The translations under genes were made by a program, and so were the position numbers. Of a DNA stretch of 64,000 nucleotides, positions 30,001-43,300 are shown one piece after another. Each line of letters starts with the position of its first letter. The stretch's first letter is position 1. The stretch is taken from assembly GCF_009914755.1 (NCBI RefSeq), contig NC_060946.1. One strand, given 5' to 3'. The DNA comes from the human T2T-CHM13v2.0 reference genome, Homo sapiens. Under the pieces are notes generated by a model. That model searched no databases and was not told the DNA's origin. It saw only the letters and a list, made by a program, of their open reading frames with translations.

Positions 30001-31280
30001 ATGCAATGGATTCGGATGGAATGGAATGGAGTGGATTGGAATGAAACGCAGTGGATTGGAAAAGAATGGAAAGCAATGGAATGGAATGGAATGGAATGGA
30101 ATGGAGAGAAATAGAAAGAAACAGAATTTAGTGGAAGAGAATGGTATGGAATGGAATGGAATGGAATGGAATGGAATGGAATGGAATGGAATCAAATGAT
30201 CTGGACTGGAATGGAATCGACTCGAGTGGAATGCACTCGAATGGAATGGACTCGACTCTAACGGAATGTAATGGAATGGAAAGATATCGAATGGAATGGA
30301 ATGGAATCAAATGGTATGGACTGGAATGGAATGGAGTCAAATGCAATGAATTCGAATGGAATGGACTCAAATGGAATTGACTCGAATGGCATGGAATTGA
30401 TTGGAATGGAATCGAATTGAATGCAATCGAATGGAATGGAATCCAAAGGAAAGGAATCAAAAGGAATGGACTGGAATGGAATCAATTGGAATCGAATGGA
30501 ATTGAATGCAATCGAATGGAAGGGAATCGAAAGGAAAGGAATCGAAAGGAAAGGTCTGGAATGCAATGGATTGGAATTGAATGGAATCGAATGGAATGGA
30601 CAGAAATAGAATGGATTCGAATGGAATGGAAACGAATGGAATAGAATAGAATGTAAAAGAATGGAATGGAAAGGAATGGAATGTAATGGAATGGACTGGA
30701 ATGGAATGGAATGGAATTGAACTGAACGGAATGAAATAAAATGGAATGGAAAGGAATGGAATGGAATCTCATGGACTCCAATGGAAAGGACTCGAATGGA
30801 ATGCCTTCAAATGGAATGGAATCCAAAGGAATGGAATCAAGGGGACAGGGATCGAATGGAGTGGGATCGAATGAAGTGGAATTGAATGGAATGGAATCAA
30901 ATGGAATCGGATCGAATGGAATGGAATCGAATGTAATGGAATCGAGTGGAATGGAGTCGCACGGAATGGAAACGGATGGAATGGAATCGAATGCAATCAA
31001 ATGCAATCTATTAGAATACAATGGAATAGCATGGAAGGGAAACAAATGGCATCGAATAGCATCGAACAGAATGCAGTGAAGTTGAGTGCACTTGAGTGGA
31101 GTGGTGTGGAAAGGAATGAGGTGGAGTTCAATTGAATGGAGTGCATTGTAATGAATTAGAAGGGAGTTGAAAGCTATGGAATGAGAAGGAATGAAATGGA
31201 ATGGAATGGAGTGCAGTGGATTGGAGTGGAATGGAATGGAATGGTGTGGAATAAAATGGAATGGAATGGTGAAATGAAAT

Positions 31281-31340
31281 GTGAGCTAATAATGTGCTAC
31301 TGCACTACTGTGTGGGTGACTGAGATCCAGTTGAAATAAA
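31281..31340 (+). mobile_element. Degenerate Alu right-arm 3'-end fragment embedded in the satellite
   Basis: gtgagctaataatgtgctactgcactactgtgtgggtgactgagatccagttgaaataaa aligns by eye to the Alu 3' end GTGAGCCGAGATCGCGCCACTGCACTCCAGCCTGGGCGACAGAGCGAGAC...AAAA. It is the only clearly non-pentameric island I saw in the array. Confidence 0.75.
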
Positions 31341-34300
31341 GGAATGTAATGAAATGGAGTAGAATGGAATGGAATGGAGTGGACTGGAATGGAATGGAGG
31401 GGAATGGATTGGAGTGGAGTGGAATGGAGTGGATTGGAATGGAGTGGAGTGGAATGGAGTGGAATGGAATGGAATGGAGTGGAATGGAGTGGAATGGAGT
31501 GGAATGGAGTGGAGTGGAATGCAGTGGAGTGGAATGGAGTGAACTCGAGTGGAACAGAATGGAGTTTAGTGGAGTGCAGTGGAGTGGAATGGAATGGAAT
31601 TGAGTGGAATGCAATGGAACAGAATGGAACAGAATGGAACAGAGTGGAGTGGAGTGCAGTGTATCGGAGTGCAGTGGAATGGAATGAAATGGAATTGAAT
31701 GGAGTTTAGTAGAGTTGAGTGGAGTTTAATTTATTGGAGTGGAATGGAGTCTAGTGTAGTGGAGTGGAGTGGAATGGAACGGAGTGGAGCGGAGTATAGT
31801 GGAAATGAACGCAGTGGAATGCAACGGACTGGAATGGACTGTACAGGAATGGAATTGAATGTAACAGAATGGAATGGAATGGAGTGAAATGGAGTGGAAT
31901 GGAGTTTAATGGAATGGAGTGGAGTTGAACTGAATGAAATAGAGTGGAGTGGAGTGGACTGCAGTGCAACGGAATGGAATTGAATGTAATTGAATGACAT
32001 GGAATGGAATGGAATGGACTCTAATGGAATTGAATGAAATGGAATGGAATGGAATGGATTCGAATGGAAAAGACTTGAATGGAATGGACTCGAATGGAAT
32101 GGAACGGAATGGAATGGAATGGACTCCAATGTAAAGACTGGAATGGAATGGACTCGAATTCAAAGGACTCTAATGGAATGGAATAGAATGGAATGGAATC
32201 AAAAGGAAAGGACTGGAATTGAATGGAATGGAACGGAATGGAATGGACTCGAACGGAATTGACAGGAATGGAATGGATTAGAATGGAATTGACTGAAAAG
32301 GAACGGACCCAAATAAAATGGAATGGAATGGAATGGAATGAAATTGAATGGAATGGACTAGAATGGAATGGAGTCAAATAGAACGCACTGGAATAGAATA
32401 GATTCGAATGGAATGGAATCGAATAGAATGGAAGTGAATGGAATGGAATCTAATGGAATGCAATCGAATGGAATATAATAGAAAGGAATGGACTGGAATG
32501 GAATGTAACCAAATGGAATACAATCGAATGGAATGGAATCGAATGGCATCAAATGGAATCAAATGAAATGCGGTGAAGTTGAGTGGATTGGAGTGGAATG
32601 GAGTGGAATGGAAAGGGGTGGAATGGAATAGAATGAAGTGTAGTGGAGTGGAGTGCAATGCAGTTGAATGGAATGAAATGGGAAGGAATGGAATTGAACG
32701 GACTGGAGTGGAGTGGAGTGGAGTGGAATTGACTGGATTGGAATGGACTGGAATGGAATGGAATGGACTCGAATGGAAAGGAATGGAATGGAATGGATTC
32801 GAATGGAATGGAATGGAGTGAAATGGAGTGGAAAAGAGTGGAATAGAATGGAGTGGAGTGGGGTGGGATGGAGTGGAATGGATTGGATTGGAAAGGAATG
32901 GAATGGCCTCAAATGGAATGGAATCGAACATAATGGAATGGAATGGAATGGAATCAAACAGAATGGAATGGAATGGAATCGATTGTTATGGAATAGAGTG
33001 GAATGGGATGGAATGGAATGGAAACAAATGGAATGGAATGGAATGGAATCAAATGGAATGGAATGGAATGGAATCAAATTGAATGGGATCGCATGGAACA
33101 TAATCGACTGGAATGGAATCGAGTTGATTGGAATCAAATGTCATCAAATGGAATCAAATGGAATACGGTGAAGTGTAGAGGAGCGGATTGGAGTGGAAAG
33201 GAATGGGGTGGAATAGAATTTAATGTAGTGGGGTGGAATGGAATTTAATGTTGTGGAGTGGAGTGGAATGGAGTGGAAGGAATGGAACGGGAAGAAATCG
33301 AATTGAATGAAGTGGACTGGAGTGGAGTGGAATGGAATGCAATGGAATGGAATGGAAAGGAATGGAATGGAATCGAATAGAATGAAGTGAAATGGAGAGG
33401 AAAGGAGTGCAATGGAATGGAGTGGAGTGGGATGGGATTGAGTGGAGTGGAGTAGAATATAATGCAATGGATTAGAATGGAATGGAATCGACTCTATTGG
33501 AATGAAATAGAATGGAATGGAATGGAATGCAATAGATTCTAGTGGAATGGAATGGAAAGGAATGGAATGGACCCGAATTGCATGAAAAAGAATGGAATGG
33601 AGTGCAATGGAATTGAACGGAATGGAATGCAATTGAATGCAATGGTATCGAATGGAATGGAAGGGAATTGAGAGCAATGAATTCGAATGGAAGGGAATGG
33701 AATGGAATGGACACGAAAGGAATGGAATGGAATGGAATGGAATCGAATGGAATGGAATGAAATCAAATGGAACAGAAACAAATGGAATGCACTGGAATGG
33801 AATGGAATCGAATGGATAGGAATCGAATGAATGGAGTCAAATGGAATGGAATTGAAAGGCATCCAATGGAATCAAATAAAATGCGGTGAATTTTAGTAGA
33901 GTAGAGTAGAATGGAGTGGAATGGAAAGGAGTGGAATGGAATAGAATGATGTGTAGTGGAGTGGAGTGCAATGGAGTGGAATGGAAGGAAATGGGAAGGA
34001 ATGGAATTGAAATGAGTGGAGTGGAGTGGAGTGGAATAGACTGGAATGGAACGGTCTGGAGCAGAAAGGAATGGAATGGAATGGAATGGAATGGAATGGA
34101 GTGGAATTAAGTGGAGTGGAGTTGAATGGAGTGGAGTGGAGTGGAATGGAATGGAATGAAATGGAAATGAGTGGATTCGGATGGAATGGAATTGAATTCA
34201 ATGGAATTGAAAGCAATGGAATTGAATGGAATGGAATCGAATGGAATGGAATGGAGTGAATAGGAATGGAAAGTAGTGGAATGGAAGGGAGTGGAGTGGG

Positions 34301-37300
34301 AAGGGATAAAGTGTAATGGAATGGAATTGAATGGAATGGAATGGAATGCAATAAAAAAAATGGAATGGAATGAAATCGAATCAAATGGAATGGAAATGAA
34401 CGGAATGTAATCAAATGGAATGTGATGGAATGGAATCGAATGGAATGGAAAGGAATGGAATGGGAAGGAATGGAAAGGACTCGAATGGAATGGAACATAA
34501 TGGAATGGAGTGCAATGGAATCGAATGGAATGGAATGCAATCCAATGCAATGGTATCAAATGGAATGGAAGGGAATCAAATGGAAGGAATGGAATTGAAC
34601 GGACAGGAGTGGAGTGGAGTGGAGTGGAATAGACTGGAAAGGAATGGAATGGAATGGAATGGAATGGAATGGAACGGAATCGAATGGAAAGGAATCGATT
34701 GGAATGGAATCGAATGGAATGGAGTGGAGTGAAATGGAGTGGAAAGGAGTGGAATGGAAGGGATTGGAGTGGAATGGTATGGAGTGGAGTGGAAAGGAAT
34801 GGAATGGAACAGATTCGAATGGAATTTAAGAGAAGTGAATGCAATGGATTCCAATTGGTTGGAATGGAATGCAATAGACACGAAAGAATGGAATGGAATG
34901 GATTGGAATGGAATCAAATGGAATGGAATGGAACAGAATGGAATGGAATCGAATGGAATGGACTGGAATGGAATGTAACCAAATGGAATGGAATCGAATG
35001 GCATCAAATGGAATCAAATAGAATGCGGTGAAATTGAGAGCAGTGAAGTGGAATGGAATGGAATGGGGTGGAATGGAATAGAATGAAGTGTAGTGGAGTG
35101 GAGTGTAAAGCAGTTGAATGGAATGAAATGGGAAGGAATGGAATTCAATGGACAGGAGTGGAGTGGCGTGGAGTGGAGTGGAATAGACTAGATTGGAATG
35201 GACTGGAATGGAATGGAATGGACTCGAATGGAATGGAATCGAATGGAAAGGAATGGAATGGAATGGAATTGAATGGAATGGAATGGAGTGAAATGGAGTG
35301 GAAAGGAGTGGAATGGAGGCGAGTGGGGTGGGATGGAGTGGAAAGGAATGGAATGCAATGGAATGGACTCAAATCGAATGGAATCGAACATAATGGAATG
35401 GAGTGGAATGGAAAAAAATGGAATGGAATGAAATGGAATGGAATCAAATGGAATGGAATCGAACTGAAAGGGATCGCATGGAACATAATCGAATGGAATG
35501 GAATCCAATTGAATGGGATCGCATGGAACATAATTGAATGGAATGGAATCGAATTGATTGGAATCGAATGTCATCAAATGGAATGTAATGGAATAACGTG
35601 AGGTGTAGAGGAGCGGATTGGAATGGAGTGGAATGGAATGGGGTGGAATGGAATTTAATGTAGTGGAGTGGAGTGAAATGGAGTGGGTGGAATGGAATGG
35701 GAAGAAATGGAATTGAATGAAGTGGAGTGGAGTGGAATGGAATACAATGGAATGGAATGGAAAGGAATGGAATGGAATCGAATGGAATGAAGTGAAATGG
35801 AGAGGAAAGGAGTGCAACGGAATGGAGTGGAGTGGGATGGGATTGAGTTGAGTGGAGTGGAATATAATGCAATGGAATAGAATGGAATGGAATTGACTCT
35901 ATTGGAATGAAATAGAATGGAATGGAATGCAATAGAATCGAGTGGAAAGGAATGGAAAGGAATGGAATGGAAAGGAAAGGAATGGAATGGAATTGAATGG
36001 AAAAGAATGTAATGGAGTGCAATGGAATCGAACGGAATGGAATGCAATTGAATGCAATGGTATCGAATGGAATGGAAGTGAATCGAAAGCAATGGATTCA
36101 AATGAAAGGGAATGGAATGGACACGAAAGGAATGGAATGGAGTGCAACGGAATCGAATGGAATGGAATGGAATCAAATGGAACAGAAACAAGTGGAATGG
36201 ACTGGAATGGAATGGAATGGAATGGATAGGAATCGAATGAATGGAGTCAAATGGAGTGGAATTGAAAGAAATCTAATGGAATCAAATGGAATGCGGTGAA
36301 ATTGAGTAGAGTAGAGTGGAGTGGAGTAGAATGGAAAGGATTGGAATGGAATAGAATGATGTGCAGTGGAGTGGAGTGCAAAGGAGTGCAATGGAATGAA
36401 ACGAGAAGAAATGGAATTGAAGGGAGTGGAGTGGAGAGTAGTGAAGTGGAGTGGAATAGATTGGAATGGAATGGTCTGGAGTAGAATGGAATGGAATGGA
36501 AAAGAACGGAATGGAATGGAGTGGTGTTAAGTGGAGTGGAGTTGAATGGAGTGGAGTGGAGTTGGAAATGAATGGAAAGGAATGAAATGGAAATGAATGG
36601 ACTCGAATGGAACGGAATTGAATTTAATGGAATTGAATGCAATGGGATTGAATGGAATGGAATTGAACGGAATGGAATGGAGTGAAAAGCAGTGGAAAGG
36701 AGTGGAATGGCAGGGAGTGGAGTGGGATGGTATGCAGTGTAATGGAATGAAATGGAATGGAATGGAACAAAATGGAATGGAGCGGAATGGAATGAAATCA
36801 AATCGAATGGAATGGAATCGAATGGAACGGAATCGAATGAAATGTGATGCAATGGAATGGAATCAAATTGAATGGAATTGAATGGAATGGAAAGGAATGA
36901 CATGGGATGGAATGGAGTGGAATCAGATGGAAGGGAATGGAATGGAATGGAATGGAATGGAATGGAATGGAATGGAAAGGAATGGAATGGGAAGGAATGG
37001 AATTGACTCGAATGGAATGGAACATAATAGAATGGAGTGCAATGGAATTGAATGGAATGGAATGCAGTCGAATGCAACGGTATGGAAAGGAATGGAAGGG
37101 AATCAAATGGAAGGAATGGAATTCAACGGACTGGAGTGGAGTGGAATTGACTGGAATGGAATGGAATGGAATGGGCTCGAATGGAATGGAATCAAATGGA
37201 AACGAATTGATTGGAATGGAATCGAATGGAATGGAATGGAGTGAAATGAAGTGGAAAGGCATGGAATGGAAGGGAATGGAGAAGGATGGGATGGAGTGGA

Positions 37301-40300
37301 ATGGAATTGAATAGAGTGGAATGGAATGGAATGGAATGAGATGGACTCGAATGGAATGGAAGGGAATCAAATGCAATAGATTCGAATGGTTGGAATGGAA
37401 TGCAATAGACACGAAAGAATGGAATGGATTGGAATGGAATCGAATACAACGGAATGGAATGGAATGGAATGGAATGGAATGGAATGGAATGGAAAGAATG
37501 GAATCAAACGGAATGGAATCAAATGGAATGGACTGGAATGGAATGGAATCAAAAGAAATAGAATCGAACGGAATGGAATCAAATGGCCTCAAATGGAATC
37601 AAATGGAATGCGGTGAAGTTGAGTGGACTGGAGTGGAATGGAGTGGAACGGAATGGGGTGGAATGGAACAGAATGAAGTGTAATGGAGTGGAGTGCAATG
37701 GAGTGCAATTGAATGAAATGAGAAGGCATGGAATTGAACGGACTGGAGTTAAGTGGAGTGGAGTGGTGTAGACTGGAATGGAATGGACTGGAATGGAAAG
37801 GAGTGGAATGGAATGGACTCGAATAGAATGGAATCGAATGGAAAGGAATCAAATGGATTGGAATCGAATGGAATGGAATGGAGTGAAATGGAATTGATTT
37901 GAATGGGATCTCATGGAACGGAAACGAATGGAATGGAATCGAATTGAATGGAAACAAATGTAATCAAATGGAAAACAGTGAAGTGTAGAAGAGTGGATTG
38001 GAATGGAGTGGAATGGAATGGGGTGCAATGGAATTTAATATAGTGGAGTGGAGAGGAATGGAGTGAATGGAATGGAATGGGAAGAAATGGAATTGAATGG
38101 AATGGAGTGGAGTGGAGTGGAGTGGAGTGGAATGGAATGGAATGGAATGGAATGGAAAGGAATGGAAGGGAATGGAATGGAATGGAGTGAAATGGGGTGG
38201 AAAGGAGTGCAATGGAATGGAGTGGATTGGGATGGGAGGGAGTGGATTGGATTGGAATGGAATGGAATGGAATAGAATGGAATGGAATAGAATGGAATGG
38301 AATGGAATGCAATAGAATGGAATGGAATGGAAATGAATTGAATGGAATCAAATGGAATGGAATCGAATGGAATGGAATCAAATGGACTGTAAAGGAATGG
38401 AATGGATAGGAATGTACTCTGATAGAATGGAAATAAATGGAATGCAGTGCAAAGCAATCGAATGGAAGGGAATGCAACTGAATGCAATGGTATCGAATGG
38501 AATGGAAGGAAATCGAATGCAAAGGATTTGAACGGAATAGAATGGAATGGAATGGACACGAAAGGAATGGAATGGAATGGAATGGAATAAAATGGAATGG
38601 AATCAAAAGGAATGGAAACAGATGGAATGGACTGCAATGGAATGGAATCAAATGGAATGGAATGGAATGTCATCAAATGGAATCAAATGGAATGCGGTGA
38701 AGTATAGTGGAGTAGAGTTGAATGGAGTGTAATGGAATGCGGTGGAATGAAATAGAATTATGTGTAGTGTAGTAGAGTGCAATGGAGTGGAATGGAATGA
38801 AATAAGAAGGAATGGAATTGAATGGAGTGGAGTGGAGTGGAATAGACTGGAATGGAATGGAATGGACTGGAATGGAATGGAATGGAATGGACACGAATGG
38901 AATGGAATCGAATAGATAGGAATTGAATGGAATGGAATCAAATGGAATGGAAAGGAGTGAAATGGAGTAGAATAGAGTGGAATGGAAGGGAGTTGAGTGG
39001 GATGGGTTGGCATGGAATGGAATGGAATCGAACATAATGGAATGGAATTGAATGGAATCGAATGGAATGGAATGGGATATATTGGAATCAAATGTAATGG
39101 AATTCAATTGAATGGGATTGAATGGAAGGGAATCTAATGGAATGGAATCGAATGGAATGGAAAGGAATGAAATTGAAAGGAATGGAATGGACTCGAATGG
39201 AATAGAACAAAATGGAATGGACTGCAATGGAATCGAATTAAATGGAATGCAATCAAATGCAATGGTATCGAATGGAATGGAAGGGAATCGAATGCAAAGG
39301 ATTCTAATGAAATGGAATGGAAAGCAACGGACACGAAAGGAATGGAAAGGAATGGCATGGAATGGAATGGAATCAAACGGAATTGAGTAGAATGGAATGG
39401 AATCCAATTGCGTCGAATCGAATGGAATCAAATGGAATGGCATCTAATGGAATGGACTGGAAAGGAATGGAAACAAATGGAATGGAATAGAATGGAATGG
39501 AATCGAATGGAATGGAATCGAATGAAATCAAATGGAATGCAGAGAAGTTGAGTGGAGTGGAGTGGAATGAAGTGGAATGGAATGCGGTGGAAAGAAATAG
39601 AATGAAGTGTTGTGGAGTGCAGTGCAATGGAATGGAATGGAATGAAATGGGAAGAAAGACATTGAAAGGTGTGGAGTGGAGTGGATTGGAGTGGAATAGA
39701 CTGTAATGGAACGGTCTGGAATGGAATGGACTGCAAAGGAAAGGAACGGAATGAGCTCCAATGGAATGTAACTGAATGGAAAGGAATCGAACGGAATGGA
39801 GTCAAATGGAATTTAATGGAGTGAAATGGAGTGGAAAAGAGTGGAATGGAAGGGAGTGGAGTGGGATGGGATGGAATGGAATGGAGTGGAATGGAATGGA
39901 ATGAACTCGATGGAATGGAATCACACATAATGGAATGGAATGGAATGGAATGGGATGTAATGGAAAGCAATGGGATGTAATGGAAAGGAATGGGATGGAA
40001 CGGAATCGAATGGAATGGAATCTAATTCAATGGGATCGAATGGAATGGAATCGAATGTCATCAAGAGGAATCAAATGGAATAAGGTGAAGTGTAGAGGAG
40101 TGGATTGGAATGCCATGGAGTGGAATTGGGAAGAATGGAATTTAATGTAATGGAGTGGAGTGGAATAGAGCGGATGAAATGAAATGGGAAGGAATGGAAT
40201 TGACTGGAGTGGAGTGGAGAGGAATAAAATGGAAAGCAATGGAATGGAATGGAAAGGAATGGAATGGAAACAAACGGAATGCAATGGAGTGAAATGTAGT

Positions 40301-43300
40301 GGAAAGTAATGCAATGGAATGGAGAGGAGTGGGATGGGATGGAGTGGAGTGCAGTGGAATGGAATGCAATGGAAAGGAATGGAATGGAATGAACTCGATT
40401 GGAATGGAGTACAATGGAAAGGAATGGCATTGAATGAGATGGAAAGGAATGGACTCAAATGGAATGGAAAGTAATGAAATGGAATGGTATGAAATAGAAT
40501 CGAAAGGCATGAAATGGAAATGAATTGAATGGAATCGAATGGAATGGACTCGAAAGGAATGTAAAAGAACGAAATGGAAAGGAATGGAATAGAAAGGAAT
40601 GGAATGGATTCGAACGGAATGGAACAAAATGGAATGTAGTGCAATGGATTTGAATGGAATGGAATGCAAACGAATGCAATGATATCAAATGGAATGGAAA
40701 TGAATCGAAAGCAATGGCTTCCAATGAAATGAAATGCAAAGGAATGGACATGAAAGAATGGAGTGGAATGGAATGCAATGAAATGGAATCGAATGGAATG
40801 GAATCTAATGGAATAGAATCAAATGGAATGGACGGTAATGGAATGGAATCAAATGGAATGGAATAGAATGGAATGGAATCGAATAGAATGGAATTGAATG
40901 GCATCGAATGGAATTAAATGGAATGCGGTGAATTTGAGTGGAGTGGAATGGAAGGGAGTGGAATGGAAAGGGGTTGAATGCAATAGAATGAAGTGTAGTG
41001 GAGTGAAGTGCAATAGAGTGGAAAGCAATGAAATGGGAAGGAATGACATTGAATGGAGTGGAGTGGAATAGACTGGAATGGAATGGAATTGAATGGAATG
41101 GAATGGAATCGAATGGAATGGAATAGAATGGAAAGGAATCAAGTGGAATGGAATCCAATGGAAAAGAAAGGAGTGAAATGGAGTGCAAAGGAGTGGAATG
41201 GAATGGAGTGGAGTGGGATGGGATGGAGTGGAGAGGAATGGAATCGAATGGAATGGAGTTGAGTGGGATGGGATGGAGTGGACTGGAATGGAATGGAATG
41301 GAATGGAATGGACTAGAATGGAATGGAATAGAATGGAATGGAATGCAAAAGAATCGAATGGAATGGAAGGGAAATGGAAGGAATGGACTCGAATGAATGA
41401 AATTGAATGGAACGGAATATATTGGAGTGGAATCCAATGGAATGGAATCGAATGGAATGGAGTTGAATGGCATCGACTGGAATGTCATGAAGTGGAGAAG
41501 AGAGGAGTGGAATGGAGTGGAATGAAATTGGGTGGAATGGAATTTAAGGGAGTGGAGTGGATTGCAGTGGAATTGTATGGAATGGAAAGAGAAGGAATGT
41601 AATTGATCAGAGTGGAGTTTAGTGGAGTAGAAATACAATGTAATGAAATGGAATGGAATGGAAACGAATGTATTGTAACATAATTGAATGGAATGGAATC
41701 GAATGCAATGGAATGGAATGGAATGGAATCCACTGGAATGGAATCGAATGAAATGCAATTGAATTGGGAGGAATAGAGTGGAATGGAATAGAATGGAATG
41801 GAATGGAATGACATCGAATGGAATCAAACGGAATTCAGTGAAGTGGAGAGGATTGGAGTGCAAAGTAGTGGAATGGAATGGGGTGGAAAGGAATTGAGTG
41901 AAGTGTAGTGGAGTGGAGGGGAATGGAGCGCAAAGGAATGGAAAGCGAAAGAATGGAATTGAACAGGGTGGAGTGGAGTGGATTAGAATGGACTGGAATG
42001 GAATGGACTGGACTGGAATGGAATGGAATGGAATGAATTGAAATTAATGGAATGGACTCAAATGGAATGGACTTGAATGGAATGGAATCGAATGGAATAG
42101 AATCAAATGGAATGGAAACGAATGGATTCAAATCAAATGGATCGGAATGGAATGTATTGGAATGGAGTGGAATGGAATTGAATGGAATGGAGAGGAATGG
42201 AATGGACTCGAATATAATGGAATGGACTGGAATGGATTCGAATGGAATGGACTGGAATGGTATGGAATAGAATGGAATGAAATAAAATGGAATGCAATCG
42301 AATGGAATAGAATCAAATGAAGTGGAATCGAATGAATGGAATTGAATGGAATTGAGTCTAATTGAATGAAATGCATTGAAGGGGAGCGCAGTGTAGTGGA
42401 ATGGACGAGAAAGGAATGGTGTGGAATGGATTCGAATGGAGTGTATTGGCATAGAGTGGAATGGAATGGGAAGGAATGGAATTGAACAGAGTGGAGTGGT
42501 TTGGAGTTGAGTGGAATGAAATGTAATGGCATGGAGTGGAATGGAGTGGAGTGGATGGGAATGCTTTGGAGTCGAGTGGAATGGAATGGAGTGGAATTGA
42601 ATGGAATAGAAGGGAAGGGAAAGTACGAGAATGGAATGGAATGGAATGGATTAGAATGGAATGGAATGGAATGGAGAATAATGGAATGGGATGGACTTAA
42701 ATGGAATGGACCTGAACGGAATGGACTGGAATGGAATGTCCTCGAATGAAATGGACTCAAAGGGAATGGAATCGAATGGAATTCAATCGAATGGAATGGA
42801 ATCGAAAAGAATGGAATCGAATGGAATGTAATCGAAAGGAATAGAATTGAAAGGATGGGAATTGAATGGCATCTAATGGAATCGAATGGAATGCAGTGAT
42901 GTGGAGTGGAGTAGTTTGGAATGGAGTGAAATGGAATGGGGTGGAATGGAATTGAATGGATAGGAGTGGAGTTTAGTGGACTGGAGTGGAATGGAATGGA
43001 ATGGGAAGGAATGGAATTGAAAGGAGTGGAGTTGAGTTGAGTGGATGGGAGTGGAGTGGAATGCAATTTAATGGAATGGAATGCAGTGGAGTGGAGTGGA
43101 AAGGAGTGGAATGCAATTGAATGGAATGGAGTGGAGTGATGTGGAGTGTAGTGGAGAGGAGTAGCATGGAGTGGAAGGGATGGAGTGGAGTGGAATGGAA
43201 TGGAGTTGAATGGAATGGAGTGGAGTGGGGTGGAGTGGAGAGGAATGGAGTGGAAAGGAATGGTATGGAATGGAACGGAATGGAATGGAGTTCAGTGGAT

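Noticed and set aside
34350-34360. AATAAA plus a short A run inside the satellite as a poly(A) site or retro-insertion
   Set aside because: It is easily produced by G-to-A decay of GGAAT. There is no TSD or downstream element, and similar hexamers occur elsewhere in the array.
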